DNA of 32,000 nucleotides from Mucisphaera calidilacus (lineage in GTDB: Bacteria > Planctomycetota > Phycisphaerae > Phycisphaerales > Phycisphaeraceae): the NCBI RefSeq assembly GCF_007748075.1, contig NZ_CP036280.1, forward strand, positions 2,790,001 through 2,822,000, read 5' to 3'. Under the pieces are notes generated by a model. The model did not search any database, was not told where the DNA came from, and worked only from the letters and a program-made list of their open reading frames with translations. Shown here in pieces: positions 1-8,609 of the stretch (its first letter is position 1; every line of letters starts with the position of its first letter). The position numbers and the translations under genes were made by a program.

Positions 1-712
1 GGCCCTCGAACCAGGAGCGTTCGAGCATGATGTCGCTGGTGAAGCTCATCCAGACGGCGAGGTAGGTGCCCAGCGCGACGACGAGGGGGCTGAGGATGAG
101 GCCCCAGGGCCGCGTGGAGGGGACGCTGGAGCGAGCGACCATGCCGCCGAGCATGAATCCGAGCGTGAGGGCGCCGACGACCTGTCCGGGGTCGGTGGAT
201 TTGGCGAGGAGGTTGGCGGTGACGGCGCCGACGACGGCGCAGATGGCGCCGGCGGAGAGCGTGCCGCCGACCGAGCCGTGCGGCCGTGCGGTGGGCTTGC
301 GGACGGCGTTGTGGAGGATGCCGGCGAGGAGCATCATGACGGACCAGAGGAAGATCCAGCCGAGGGTTTCGATGGCGAGGTCGATGAAGACCTGCTTGAG
401 AGGGTTGGCGCGGAAGAGCAGGCCGTCGATGGGTCCGCCGTACCAGGCGAAGACGCCGAGGCTGGCGGCGAGGGTGAAGGCCCCGGTGGCGACGCAGGCC
501 CACATGGAGATGCCGAGGGCCGCGAGGAGCGCGGGCAGGGCGCAGACGGTGAGGGCGAGGGAGGCGGCGAGGATGCCGCCCTGGGCGTCCATGACGGAGA
601 TGCCTGACCAGCCGCCCTCGGGCAACGCGGGGGAGCCTCCCCAGATCAGGATGAGCCCGCAGAAGGTGATGGCGACGAGCATCACCAGGCGTTGTAGAAC
701 AGTTGGCAGCAC
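1..712 (-). CDS. Polytopic membrane protein of unknown function (5' part only; continues past the left edge)
   Basis: Absent from the ORF track because no stop lies inside the window. The reverse-strand frame is open from an in-frame TAG (746-748) down to position 1. Candidate starts are GTG 712 or ATG 682. Hand translation: VLPTVLQRLVMLVAITFCGLILIWGG...GILAASLALTVCALPALLAALGISMWACVATGAFTLAASLGVFAWYGG...LGWIFLWSVMMLLAGIL...LILSPLVVALGTYLAVWM. That gives several hydrophobic helices and GC-rich third positions. The overlapping + ORF 66..749 is Arg/Ala/Pro-rich antisense noise. Confidence 0.5.
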   Translation of the reverse strand, partial: MLPTVLQRLVMLVAITFCGLILIWGGSPALPEGGWSGISVMDAQGGILAASLALTVCALPALLAALGISMWACVATGAFTLAASLGVFAWYGGPIDGLLFRANPLKQVFIDLAIETLGWIFLWSVMMLLAGILHNAVRKPTARPHGSVGGTLSAGAICAVVGAVTANLLAKSTDPGQVVGALTLGFMLGGMVARSSVPSTRPWGLILSPLVVALGTYLAVWMSFTSDIMLERSWFEG

Positions 713-753
713 GAAAACCCCTAACAGGCCTGAGAGGCCGACAGACTAAGCGT

Positions 754-1797
754 TCACCGATCGGAGAGCCAGTCCGCGAGGTCTTCGGCGGCGTAGGTGA
801 CGATGAGGTCGGCGCCGGCGCGTCGGATGGCGGTGGCGATCTCGATGTGGGCTTCTCGTCGGTCGATCCAGCCGTTGCGGGCGGCGGCTTCGACCATGCC
901 GTACTCGCCTGAGACGTGATAGGCGGCGACGGGGAGGTCGGTTTCGGCGCGGACGGCGGCGACGACGTCGAGGTAGTGGCCGGCGGGCTTGACCATGACC
1001 ATATCGGCGCCCTGTTCGAGGTCGAGTCGGAGTTCGGTGCGCCACTCACGGCTGTGGCGGGGGTCCATCTGGTAGCCGCGGCGGTGTCCGAAGCTCATGG
1101 AGCCTCCGCCTGCGTCACGGAAGGGCCCGTAGAGCGAGGAGGCGTACTTGACGGCGTAGCTGAGGATGGGGACCTCGTGATGGCCGGCATCGTCGAGGGC
1201 GGCGCGGATGGCGGCGACCTGACCGTCCATCATGCCGGAGGGCGCGACGATGTCGGCGCCGACTTGGGCCTGGGCGACGGCGATGGTGGCGAGGCGTTCG
1301 AGGGCGGCGTCGTTGTCGACGGGCTGGAATCCGTCGGGTCCGGGCTGGTCGCAGAGCGGCCCGCAGTGGCCGTGGTCGGTGTACTCGCAGAGGCAGAGGT
1401 CGGCGATCATCAGCGCGTCGAGGCCGGCGTCGCGGGCGGCGCGGAGGGTCTTGAGGACGGGTGATGCGGGGTTTTCGGCGTCGTTGCCGAGGGCGTTCTT
1501 GCGGCCTTGCGGGGTGACCCCAAAGAGCAGGAACGAGCGTAAGCCCTTGCCGATCAACCGCTTTATCTCGGCAATGGCGTCGTCGACGGGCCACTGGCGG
1601 ACGCCTGGCATGGCGTCGATGGTCTGCGGCCGGTCGATCTCGGCGACGAAGAGCGGGAGGATGAGGTTGGCGGGGTGGAGGCGGACGTCGGCGACGAGGT
1701 CGCGGAGGGTCTGGGAGCGTCGGAGTCGGCGTGGGCGGTGAATCAGATTCCGGCGGGAGTCCTGCGGCATGGCGGAGAGTTTAGCCCCAATCTGCAC
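754..1797 (-). CDS. hemB: Porphobilinogen synthase (delta-aminolevulinate dehydratase), Zn-type
   Basis: Hallmarks recognised by eye: the Zn-binding Cys cluster DLCLCEYTDHGHCG, ADIVAPSGMMDGQVAAIR, the active-site Lys regions SYAVKYASSLYGPFRDA and MVMVKPAGHYLDV, and YHVSGEYGM. The true start is probably ATG at 1770 (MPQDSRRNLIHRPRRLRR...) rather than GTG at 1797. Confidence 0.95.
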   Translation of the reverse strand: MQIGAKLSAMPQDSRRNLIHRPRRLRRSQTLRDLVADVRLHPANLILPLFVAEIDRPQTIDAMPGVRQWPVDDAIAEIKRLIGKGLRSFLLFGVTPQGRKNALGNDAENPASPVLKTLRAARDAGLDALMIADLCLCEYTDHGHCGPLCDQPGPDGFQPVDNDAALERLATIAVAQAQVGADIVAPSGMMDGQVAAIRAALDDAGHHEVPILSYAVKYASSLYGPFRDAGGGSMSFGHRRGYQMDPRHSREWRTELRLDLEQGADMVMVKPAGHYLDVVAAVRAETDLPVAAYHVSGEYGMVEAAARNGWIDRREAHIEIATAIRRAGADLIVTYAAEDLADWLSDR

Positions 1798-1825
1798 GAT
1801 CCGGTCGCCCGGAGGCCCTCTTGGC

Positions 1826-1854
1826 TTGACACCCCCCTCGGGAGGGGCTTCAAT
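1826..1854 (+). promoter_or_regulatory. Candidate sigma70-like promoter (TTGACA-N17-TTCAAT) facing the pseudopilin gene
   Basis: TTGACA lies at 1826-1831, followed by a 17-nt spacer containing the palindrome CCCCTC-GG-GAGGGG, then TTCAAT at 1849-1854. This would give a leader of about 230 nt before the ATG at 2090. Hexamer match only; there is no experimental support. Confidence 0.3.
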
Positions 1855-2089
1855 AGTGGATGTAGGGAGAGGGATTTATCTGATCATTCCCTCTTCTTCT
1901 GCCTCGTGGTATCGGATGAGAGGTTCATCCGCACGAGTCGCTGGTGATCGTCGAGGTTCAGACACCCGTTCTCATCATGCCCTCTGATACCGGTCGCACG
2001 GGTAATGGCCTGATCGCGACCTGATCGTCGGGCCGACGCGAGACCCAGCCACAACCTGTTTCGAGTCCGTTTAACTCAGGAGTCTCAGT

Positions 2090-3028
2090 ATGTACGTTCA
2101 ACGTCAGAAGGGTTTTACCCTTATCGAACTTCTCGTGGTGATTTCGATCATCGCGCTGCTCATCGGCATCCTGCTGCCGGCGCTGGGCGCTGCCCGCCGC
2201 ACGGCCCGCCAGATGCAGTCGAACGCCAACGTCCGCTCGATCCACCAGGCGATGGTGACCTTCGCGTCGGGCAATGGCGAGCGTTTCCCCGGCCTTGATA
2301 CACGTGGTCGTATTGAAGAGGCCGTTGATACCGATCCGGAATATGGCTACGGCAACCCGACCGATGCTGGCGACGGCGACCCCATCACGGGCGGCCACCC
2401 GGCGACGCGTTACATCCTGCTGCTGCAGGGTTCCTACTTCACGGGCGAGATCGCGATCAGCCCGGCCGACACCAAGACCATCTGGACCGAGTCTTCTGAT
2501 CCCGATGATGCCGACAAGATTCAGACTGCCAACTACTCCTACGCCATGCTTCGCCTTCAGGACAGCGCCGCCGAGGATGAGACCGATCAGGGCGAAATTG
2601 GCAAGTTCGGTCGTCTGCCGAACGAGTGGCGTGACACGCTCAACTCAGAGGCCCCGGTCGTCACAGACCGCAACACCGGCGACGATGCGCTCGACTCCAG
2701 CCAGGACACCAACGGCGCCATCAAGTCGATCCACACGACCGAGGAAGGCGACTGGCGCGGCTCGGTTGGCTACAACGACAACCACGTCGAGTTCGAGAAC
2801 AGCCATGTCCTCCGCACCAAGTGGAGCAACGGCAACACGATGATTGACGATAACAATCAGCCCCTCGACAACCTCTTCACGCACGACGAGGAGACGGAGG
2901 CATCCTCCGGATCGACGCCGACCGAGGGTGAGCAGGAGGCAACCGACAGCGACGATGATCCCGAGGGCGAGCAGGGCCAGGCCGTGATGGTCTACCAGAA
3001 CCCCCACGATTCGATCCAACAGAAGTAA
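2090..3028 (+). CDS. Prepilin-type N-terminal cleavage/methylation domain protein (pseudopilin-like, DUF1559/H-X9-DG-like class)
   Basis: The N-terminus MYVQRQKG|FTLIELLVVISIIALLIGILLPAL is a class III signal processed by prepilin peptidase. An AGGAG SD at 2078-2082 sits 7 nt before the ATG. The C-terminal region has WRGSVGYNDNHVEF, resembling the conserved ...DGHV.F end of PVC-type pseudopilins. The tail is acidic (DEETEASSGSTPTEGEQEATDSDDDPEGEQ). Confidence 0.85.
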   Translation: MYVQRQKGFTLIELLVVISIIALLIGILLPALGAARRTARQMQSNANVRSIHQAMVTFASGNGERFPGLDTRGRIEEAVDTDPEYGYGNPTDAGDGDPITGGHPATRYILLLQGSYFTGEIAISPADTKTIWTESSDPDDADKIQTANYSYAMLRLQDSAAEDETDQGEIGKFGRLPNEWRDTLNSEAPVVTDRNTGDDALDSSQDTNGAIKSIHTTEEGDWRGSVGYNDNHVEFENSHVLRTKWSNGNTMIDDNNQPLDNLFTHDEETEASSGSTPTEGEQEATDSDDDPEGEQGQAVMVYQNPHDSIQQK

Positions 3029-3063
3029 TCGCTTCGCGATCATCACAGACAATCTGAAAGAGC

Positions 3064-3093
3064 GGGCCTGCCTGACGGCGGGCCCGTTTTTTT
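3064..3093 (+). terminator. Rho-independent terminator after the pseudopilin gene
   Basis: GGGCCTGCC (3064-3072), loop TGAC, then GGCGGGCCC (3077-3085). This gives a 9-bp stem with one G-U pair, followed by G and a run of 7 T (3087-3093). Confidence 0.7.
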
Positions 3094-3150
3094 GCGCGGT
3101 GCTCACGCCCCTCGCTTGACGCTGGGGACGCGTGCGGCTATCTGTGACTC

Positions 3151-4632
3151 ATGGAAGGCAAAATCCTCTACGACGGTCTGACCTATGACGATCTGCTGCT
3201 GATCCCGCAGCGGAGTGACGTCATCCCGGCACAAACGGATACGGCGACGCGGCTGACGCGGAACATCCGGGTGAACATCCCGATGATCTCGGCGCCGATG
3301 GACACGGTGACCGAGTCGTCGCTGGCGATCGGGCTGGCGCAGGCTGGCGGGATCGGCGTGATCCACAAGAACCTGGCCGAGAAGCAGCAGGTTCGTGAGG
3401 TGATCAAGGTCAAGCGTTCGGCGAACGGGGTGATCACCGACCCGGTGACGCTGCCGCCTGAAGCTCCGGCGAGCGAGGCGAAGCGTCTGATGGCCGAGCA
3501 GCACATCTCGGGTGTGCCGATCACCGTGGACGGGACGCGAAACGGGCGTGTGGTGGGGATCATCACGCGTCGGGACATGATGTTCCTGGACGACACGGAT
3601 CAGGCGGTGGAGGCGGTGATGACCAAGGACCGCCTGGTGACGGCTCCGCCCGGGACGACGCTGGGTCAGGCGGAGAAGATTCTCAACCAGAACAAGGTGG
3701 AGAAGCTGCTGCTGGTGGATGTCGGGATGCACCTGACGGGCCTGATCACGATGCGTGACATCGCGAAGATCGAGCAGTTCCCGATGGCGGTTCGTGACGA
3801 CCGTGGCCGTCTGCGTGTCGGGGCTGCGGTGGGGGTGCACCAGCTGGAGCGTGCCGCGGCGTTGATCGAGGCGGAGGTTGATTTCCTGGTGGTGGATTCG
3901 GCGCACGGTCACTCGCGGAACGTGATCGAGACGGTGCGAGCGATCAAGAAGCAGCACGACATCGACGTGATCGCGGGCAACGTGGCGACGACGGAGGGCA
4001 CGCGTGACCTGATTGATGCCGGGGCGGACGCGGTGAAGGTGGGCATCGGTCCGGGCTCGATCTGCACGACGCGTGTGGTGACGGGCGTGGGGATGCCGCA
4101 GCTGACGGCGATTTTCAATGCAGTGAAGGCGGCGGACGAGGCGGGCGTGCCGGTGATCGCGGACGGCGGGATCCGTCACTCGGGCGACATCACCAAGGCG
4201 ATCGCGGCGGGTGCGTCGTCGGTGATGCTGGGGTCGCTGTTTGCGGGCCTGGACGAGTCGCCGGGCGAGCTGGTGATCCACATGGGGCGTCGTTACAAGA
4301 CGTACCGTGGGATGGGGTCTCAGGGCGCGATGATGGCGGGTTCGGCGGATCGTTATCAGCAGTCGGGCACACACCGTCGTGACAAGCTGGTGCCGGAGGG
4401 CGTGGAGGGTCGCGTGGCCTACCGCGGGTCGCTGGGCGACTACGTTTATCAGCTGGTGGGCGGCCTGCGTGCGGGGATGGGTTACTGCGGGGCACAGACG
4501 ATCGAGGACCTGCACCGCAACGCGAGGTTCGTGCGTGTGTCGCCTGCGTCGCTGGTGGAATCGCACCCGCACGACATCACGATCACGCACGAGTCGCCGA
4601 ACTACACGACGGAGCTGTACGCGTCGGAGTAG
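3151..4632 (+). CDS. guaB: IMP dehydrogenase
   Basis: 493 aa. The catalytic Cys loop is [14 protein letters not shown]. Also present: [40 protein letters not shown] and [12 protein letters not shown]. An inserted CBS pair follows (...ISGVPIT...ITRRDM...KLLLVD...GLITMRDI). Confidence 0.97.
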   Translation: MEGKILYDGLTYDDLLLIPQRSDVIPAQTDTATRLTRNIRVNIPMISAPMDTVTESSLAIGLAQAGGIGVIHKNLAEKQQVREVIKVKRSANGVITDPVTLPPEAPASEAKRLMAEQHISGVPITVDGTRNGRVVGIITRRDMMFLDDTDQAVEAVMTKDRLVTAPPGTTLGQAEKILNQNKVEKLLLVDVGMHLTGLITMRDIAKIEQFPMAVRDDRGRLRVGAAVGVHQLERAAALIEAEVDFLVVDSAHGHSRNVIETVRAIKKQHDIDVIAGNVATTEGTRDLIDAGADAVKVGIGPGSICTTRVVTGVGMPQLTAIFNAVKAADEAGVPVIADGGIRHSGDITKAIAAGASSVMLGSLFAGLDESPGELVIHMGRRYKTYRGMGSQGAMMAGSADRYQQSGTHRRDKLVPEGVEGRVAYRGSLGDYVYQLVGGLRAGMGYCGAQTIEDLHRNARFVRVSPASLVESHPHDITITHESPNYTTELYASE

Positions 4633-4733
4633 CCTGTTTTGCCCATTCTGCCGGGGCCGGCGGGCGGCTGGAGGGGCTTGAAGCGTGGGGCCGAATCGCT
4701 TACAGTCTCCGGTCCGCTCATCTTCGGATGCAC

Positions 4734-4806
4734 GGGCTCGTAGCTCAGTTGGTAGAGCACACCGCTGATAACGGTGAGGTCACAGGTTCGAGTCCTGTCG
4801 GGCCCA
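4734..4806 (+). tRNA. tRNA-Ile (anticodon GAT)
   Basis: Cloverleaf folded by hand. Acceptor GGGCTCG/CGGGCCC (one G-U pair); D arm GCTC-AGTTGGTA-GAGC; anticodon arm CACCG-CTGATAA-CGGTG (anticodon GAT); variable loop AGGTC; T arm ACAGG-TTCGAGT-CCTGT; discriminator A. Total 73 nt, with CCA not encoded. Confidence 0.9.
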
Positions 4807-4814
4807 TTTCTTGC

Positions 4815-6041
4815 TTAGTCCAGCGCGGGGGGGAGGGTTTGCCAGGTGTTGGGGTCGCCGGCCATGCGTGCGCCGAGGGCGGAGAGGGTTTCGAGGGTTG
4901 AGGGCGCGAACATGTCGTAGGCGTCGGGGAGGTAGGTGTCTTGCGGGATGGCGGTCCAGCGGTACTCGATCTCGACGCCCTCGCGTTCGCGGGTGAGTTC
5001 CGACATCAGCCAGAGCTGCTGGAGGGTCTGCATGGTGCCGGCGTGGAGGGCTGCGGAGATGGAGCGAGCGGCGATGTCGGGCCAGCGGAGCTCGGTGTAG
5101 CGTGGTTCGAGGCGTTCCTTGTTGTTGACGAGTGCCCAGATGCGGATCTTCGGGCAGGGCTGATCGGGGTGGCGTGCCTTCCACATGCGGACGAGTCGGA
5201 GGAACCAGATGGGGTCGCGTCCGCCGAGGAGGTTGCCGATGACCCCGCCGTCGACGTAGAGGGCGTCGTCGATGATCTTGGGCGGGAAGGCGATGGGGAT
5301 CGAGGCGGAGCTCATGACGATCTCGCGGAACGTGTCGTAGTCGCCGGTATCAACGGCCTGCTGCGCGATACGACCGACGTCCCACATGCGCATGCGTGCG
5401 AGGTCGAGATCTGCCGAGCCGACAACCATGAGGCGGTGGTCGGCGCGTCCCTCGGCGATCTGCCGGATGAGTTCGTCGCTGAGCTGCTTGTAGATTTCCT
5501 CCTCGAGGATGGTGGTGTCGACGAGCGCGTCGCTGGAGGGGAGCAGCCCGCTCAGCCCGCGTCCCGAGACCCAGTCGGGCGTGGCTTCCTGGTAGGTTCG
5601 GGCGCAGAGTTCGTACGCCTCGTCGGAGCCTGCGAAGACGGAGCAGGCGATGAGCGATCCGGTGCTGATACCCGAGACGATGTCGAATTCGGGTCGTGGG
5701 ATGATGCCGGTGGTGCCTGGCGGGACGTCGCCCCAGGCGTCGAGGAGCGCGGAGCCGAAGGCGCCGTGGTCGCCTCCGCCTGAGATCGTCAAGAGGTCGA
5801 GGACGGGCGGCTCATCGGTGTGTCCCTGCTGGTAGTCATCGAGTTCTTTCTCCATGCGTGCGATCAGGACCTGGAGCGCCTCATAGCGCCCCGCGACGTA
5901 CTCGGCCTGAAAGGCCTCGGCGGCCTGGATGAGGTCGGCCTCGGAACGTACCGGGCGTTGTCGCTGTTGCACGCAGCCCTGCAGGGGGGCGAGCACCATG
6001 AGCAGAAGAACCAGCATCTTGATGGTGTGCGTCGGCATCAT
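4815..6041 (-). CDS. Patatin-like phospholipase, probable lipoprotein
   Basis: Signal peptide with a lipobox-like LAPLQGC. Patatin motifs are present: the Gly-rich oxyanion loop ISGGGDHGAFG, the nucleophile elbow GISTGSL (GxSxG) and the catalytic Asp motif YVDGGV (DGG). The gene starts only 40 nt downstream of the ATP-grasp gene on the same strand. Confidence 0.85.
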   Translation of the reverse strand: MMPTHTIKMLVLLLMVLAPLQGCVQQRQRPVRSEADLIQAAEAFQAEYVAGRYEALQVLIARMEKELDDYQQGHTDEPPVLDLLTISGGGDHGAFGSALLDAWGDVPPGTTGIIPRPEFDIVSGISTGSLIACSVFAGSDEAYELCARTYQEATPDWVSGRGLSGLLPSSDALVDTTILEEEIYKQLSDELIRQIAEGRADHRLMVVGSADLDLARMRMWDVGRIAQQAVDTGDYDTFREIVMSSASIPIAFPPKIIDDALYVDGGVIGNLLGGRDPIWFLRLVRMWKARHPDQPCPKIRIWALVNNKERLEPRYTELRWPDIAARSISAALHAGTMQTLQQLWLMSELTREREGVEIEYRWTAIPQDTYLPDAYDMFAPSTLETLSALGARMAGDPNTWQTLPPALD

Positions 6042-6081
6042 CAGTCCCTGTTGCGAGAAAGTGCACGCCCGTTGTGGCGTG

Positions 6082-7035
6082 TCAGGCGAAGCGTTCCTGT
6101 GCGAAGTCCACGCGGTCCTTGACGGGGGGCAGTTCGTCGTGATCGAGTGCCTCGATGACGTCGAGTCGTTTTCGCAGGCCGATGCCGTTGGCGGTCTGGA
6201 TGGCGAGGCCGGGCCGTGCGTTGAGCTCGAGGATCAGCGGGCCGAGGTGCTTGTCGATGACGACGTCGGCTCCGAAGTAGCCCAGATGAGTGAAGGCGTA
6301 GCAGCGTGTCGCGATCTCAAGATGGTCGCGCCAACGGGGGATCCTGAGTTGGTCGAAGGGTTTGTCGGTGTCGGGGTGGGCCGTGATCGGGCGGTTGAAT
6401 TGAACGGCACGGAGCGCGGTGCCGTCACGGATGGAGAGGCCGACGCCGACGGCACCTTGGTGGAGGTTGGCCTTGCCGTCGGAGCGAGCGGTCGAGAGGC
6501 GTGTCATGGCGAGGATGGGGTACCCGCCGAAGACAATCACGCGGACGTCGGGGACGCCCTGGTAGCTGTAGCCCTCGAAGGCATCGGTGAAGTCGATGAT
6601 GCGTTCGATCATGGCGAAGTCGGGCACGCCGCCGAGGCTGTGAAGTCCCGCGAGGATGTTGGAGACGTGGCGGTTGACGTCTTTGTGGGTGAGGGCGGCA
6701 CCGCTTGGCTTGAGGAAGCGTCCCTGCTCGTCCCGTCCGACGACGACGAGGATGCCTCGTCCGGCGCAGCCGCGTGTGGGCTTGATGACGAAGCGTTCGA
6801 GCGGGTCAAGGATTTTGGGCAGGTCCTTGACCTGGTACTGGTGCTTGACGACGCCGAGCAGGTCGGGGACCGGGACGCCCGCCTTGGTGGCGAGGAATTT
6901 GGTCTTGAGCTTGTTGTCGACGGCGGGGTAGTTGACGCGGTCGTTGTAGCGTTGGATGTAGCGGTGGTTGCGCGCGTTCATTCCGATGATGCCGCGTTCG
7001 CGGAGTGCTCTGGGGCTGACGAGTCGGAGCATCAC
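6082..7035 (-). CDS. RimK-related ATP-grasp ligase (alpha-L-glutamate ligase-like protein class)
   Basis: 317 aa. The N-terminus ...GIIGMNARNHRYIQRYNDRVNYPAVDNKLKTKFLATKAGVPVPDLLGVV...FVIKPTRGCAGRGILVV... matches my memory of the TIGR02291-type 'alpha-L-glutamate ligase-like' family. The ATP-grasp C-terminus is GYFGADVVIDKHLGPLILELNARPGL. The start (GTG 7035 / ATG 7032) overlaps the stop TGA (7032-7034) of the upstream gene. A GGAGG lies 5-6 nt upstream. Confidence 0.85.
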   Translation of the reverse strand: MMLRLVSPRALRERGIIGMNARNHRYIQRYNDRVNYPAVDNKLKTKFLATKAGVPVPDLLGVVKHQYQVKDLPKILDPLERFVIKPTRGCAGRGILVVVGRDEQGRFLKPSGAALTHKDVNRHVSNILAGLHSLGGVPDFAMIERIIDFTDAFEGYSYQGVPDVRVIVFGGYPILAMTRLSTARSDGKANLHQGAVGVGLSIRDGTALRAVQFNRPITAHPDTDKPFDQLRIPRWRDHLEIATRCYAFTHLGYFGADVVIDKHLGPLILELNARPGLAIQTANGIGLRKRLDVIEALDHDELPPVKDRVDFAQERFA

Positions 7036-8609
7036 GCCTCCTCCCGGACGAGAGGTTCGAAGCGGCGGAGTTCGGTGAGCCGATAGCCGGTGTAGGTGCC
7101 GAGCAGGAGGATGAGCACGAGGATGATGAGGTTGAGCTCGCCAAAGGTGAGGATGAGATAGGCGACGTAGAAGTTGCTGAGCACGAGGTAGGTGATCGAG
7201 GCCACAAAGAGGCTGCCGACGGTCTGTGTGAGTGCCTCACCGACGCCCTCTTCCTCCGCTGCGATCGACAGGCGTTCGATGGTCCACGCGATGATGATCA
7301 TGGGGAAGAAGGTGATGGTCAGGCCGCTCTCGAAGCCGGCCGAGGCGCTGAGGTAGGTCCAGACAAACATGAGGAGGATGACGATGACGACGACGGCGGC
7401 AACGCGTGGCACGAGCAGGAGGTTGAGCTGCGTGAGATAGACGCGGATGAGGATGCCGACGCCAACGATCACGCCGAACATCATCAGTCCGATCCAGAGT
7501 GTGGTGTCGGTGAAGGCGAGAGCGATGAGAATGGGCATGAAGGTGCCGGAGGTCTTGACGCCAACGATGTTACGCATGACGACGACGATCAGGGCTCCGA
7601 TCGGAACCATCATGAGCATGGCGAAGGCGGCCTGTGCGTCGACCGGAAGCGTCTGCATGGGGTTGCCGAAGATAAAGCCCTCCTGCTGCTGGGCGCGCAG
7701 CTCGGAGACCTCGGCTGCGGGTCGTGCGCGCTGGAGCACGGAGACGCGTACCTCTGAGTTTCTGGCCCCCATGACATCGAGCAGTGACTGGTCGCCGTGC
7801 TGCCAGAGCACGGTTTCGGGCGGGAGGCCGTCGTCCCCGGTGCTCGGATCGATCAGGACCCAGCCCTCGCCGTTGTGGACTTCGAGGATGGGTGTGAGGG
7901 ATGCGGAGCGCATGCCGTCGCGGAGGCGGACGACGCGTGCTGTACGTGCGGGCACTTGCTCCAAGGCGAGCAGGTCGATCAGCATCCCGACCCTTGCCTC
8001 GGCTTCTTCGTTGCGATCGTCCCAGGTCCCGCCATCGCTGCGTGGCATCATGAGCAGATCGACCTCGCCCTGATGATCGGCCTGGTTGACCATGCGGACG
8101 AGTCGTCGCGCGAGGTTGACGCCATCGGATGATCGCTGGCGCGCGAGCGTGAGCAATTCCTCGGCGGCTTCTGCGACAGCGCCCTCGAAGGTGGGGGGCT
8201 TGATTTCTGGCGTGCTGCCGGCGCGGATGACGTCGTCCGAGCCGACGGCGTCGTAGATCGACATGCGGTAATAGAGCGTCTGACGTCCGGTTGCCTGGCG
8301 TGTGGACCATACGGCTCGCCGGGAGGCACCGTCGCTGTCGACGAGGAAGCCGTAGCCGGCGGAGGCGTTGCGTTCCTCGTGGATGGTGAAGCCGTTCATG
8401 CGGTCGGGCAGGGCCATCGAGACCTCGACCGCTTCGCCGAGCGCATCGCAGGTCACGCGGGCTTCGACGTACCAGACCGTCTGCTTGACGCCGGGCGTGA
8501 TCGGAAAACCGAGTGACGTGGCTTTGTAGATGACGCGCCAGCCGGCGAAGATCACGAGCACGAGGCTGATGACCAGCAGGGGCGTGCGGCCTTCCCAGGG
8601 CTTATTCAA
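7032..8609 (-). CDS. Inactive transglutaminase-like domain fused to 7 TM helices (UUP1-like membrane protein)
   Basis: One N-terminal TM helix (LLVISLVLVIFAGW), a soluble domain of about 300 aa, then a C-terminal block of about 200 aa with about 7 hydrophobic helices (FAMLMMVPIGALIVVVM ... LIILVLILLLGTYTGY). The architecture and its position between the protease and the ATP-grasp gene fit the Transglut_i_TM/7TM_transglut family. I place the start at TTG 8609, preceded by GGAGG (8616-8620) at 6-nt spacing and overlapping the upstream stop by 8 nt. The track start at 8654 is also TTG but has no SD. Confidence 0.75.
   Translation of the reverse strand: MNKPWEGRTPLLVISLVLVIFAGWRVIYKATSLGFPITPGVKQTVWYVEARVTCDALGEAVEVSMALPDRMNGFTIHEERNASAGYGFLVDSDGASRRAVWSTRQATGRQTLYYRMSIYDAVGSDDVIRAGSTPEIKPPTFEGAVAEAAEELLTLARQRSSDGVNLARRLVRMVNQADHQGEVDLLMMPRSDGGTWDDRNEEAEARVGMLIDLLALEQVPARTARVVRLRDGMRSASLTPILEVHNGEGWVLIDPSTGDDGLPPETVLWQHGDQSLLDVMGARNSEVRVSVLQRARPAAEVSELRAQQQEGFIFGNPMQTLPVDAQAAFAMLMMVPIGALIVVVMRNIVGVKTSGTFMPILIALAFTDTTLWIGLMMFGVIVGVGILIRVYLTQLNLLLVPRVAAVVVIVILLMFVWTYLSASAGFESGLTITFFPMIIIAWTIERLSIAAEEEGVGEALTQTVGSLFVASITYLVLSNFYVAYLILTFGELNLIILVLILLLGTYTGYRLTELRRFEPLVREEA

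Noticed and set aside
3116-3151. Leaderless guaB transcript from TTGACG-N17-TATCTG, ending 6 nt before the ATG.
   Set aside because: The -10 candidate matches only 3 of 6 positions and lacks the conserved final T. The absence of an SD is real, but that alone does not establish a leaderless mRNA.
3103-4590. 495-aa minus-strand ORF that is extremely rich in Arg, His and Pro. Similar long antisense ORFs occur at 12365..14698, 18047..19939, 26655..28766, 5929..7086, 66..749 and 4941..5783.
   Set aside because: Each lies exactly antisense to, or out of frame with, a gene carrying unmistakable family motifs (guaB, the AsmA-like gene, the histidine kinase, topA, the ATP-grasp gene, the membrane protein, patatin). 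Their compositions (R/P/H/G/A runs) are typical of stop-poor alternative frames in high-GC DNA.
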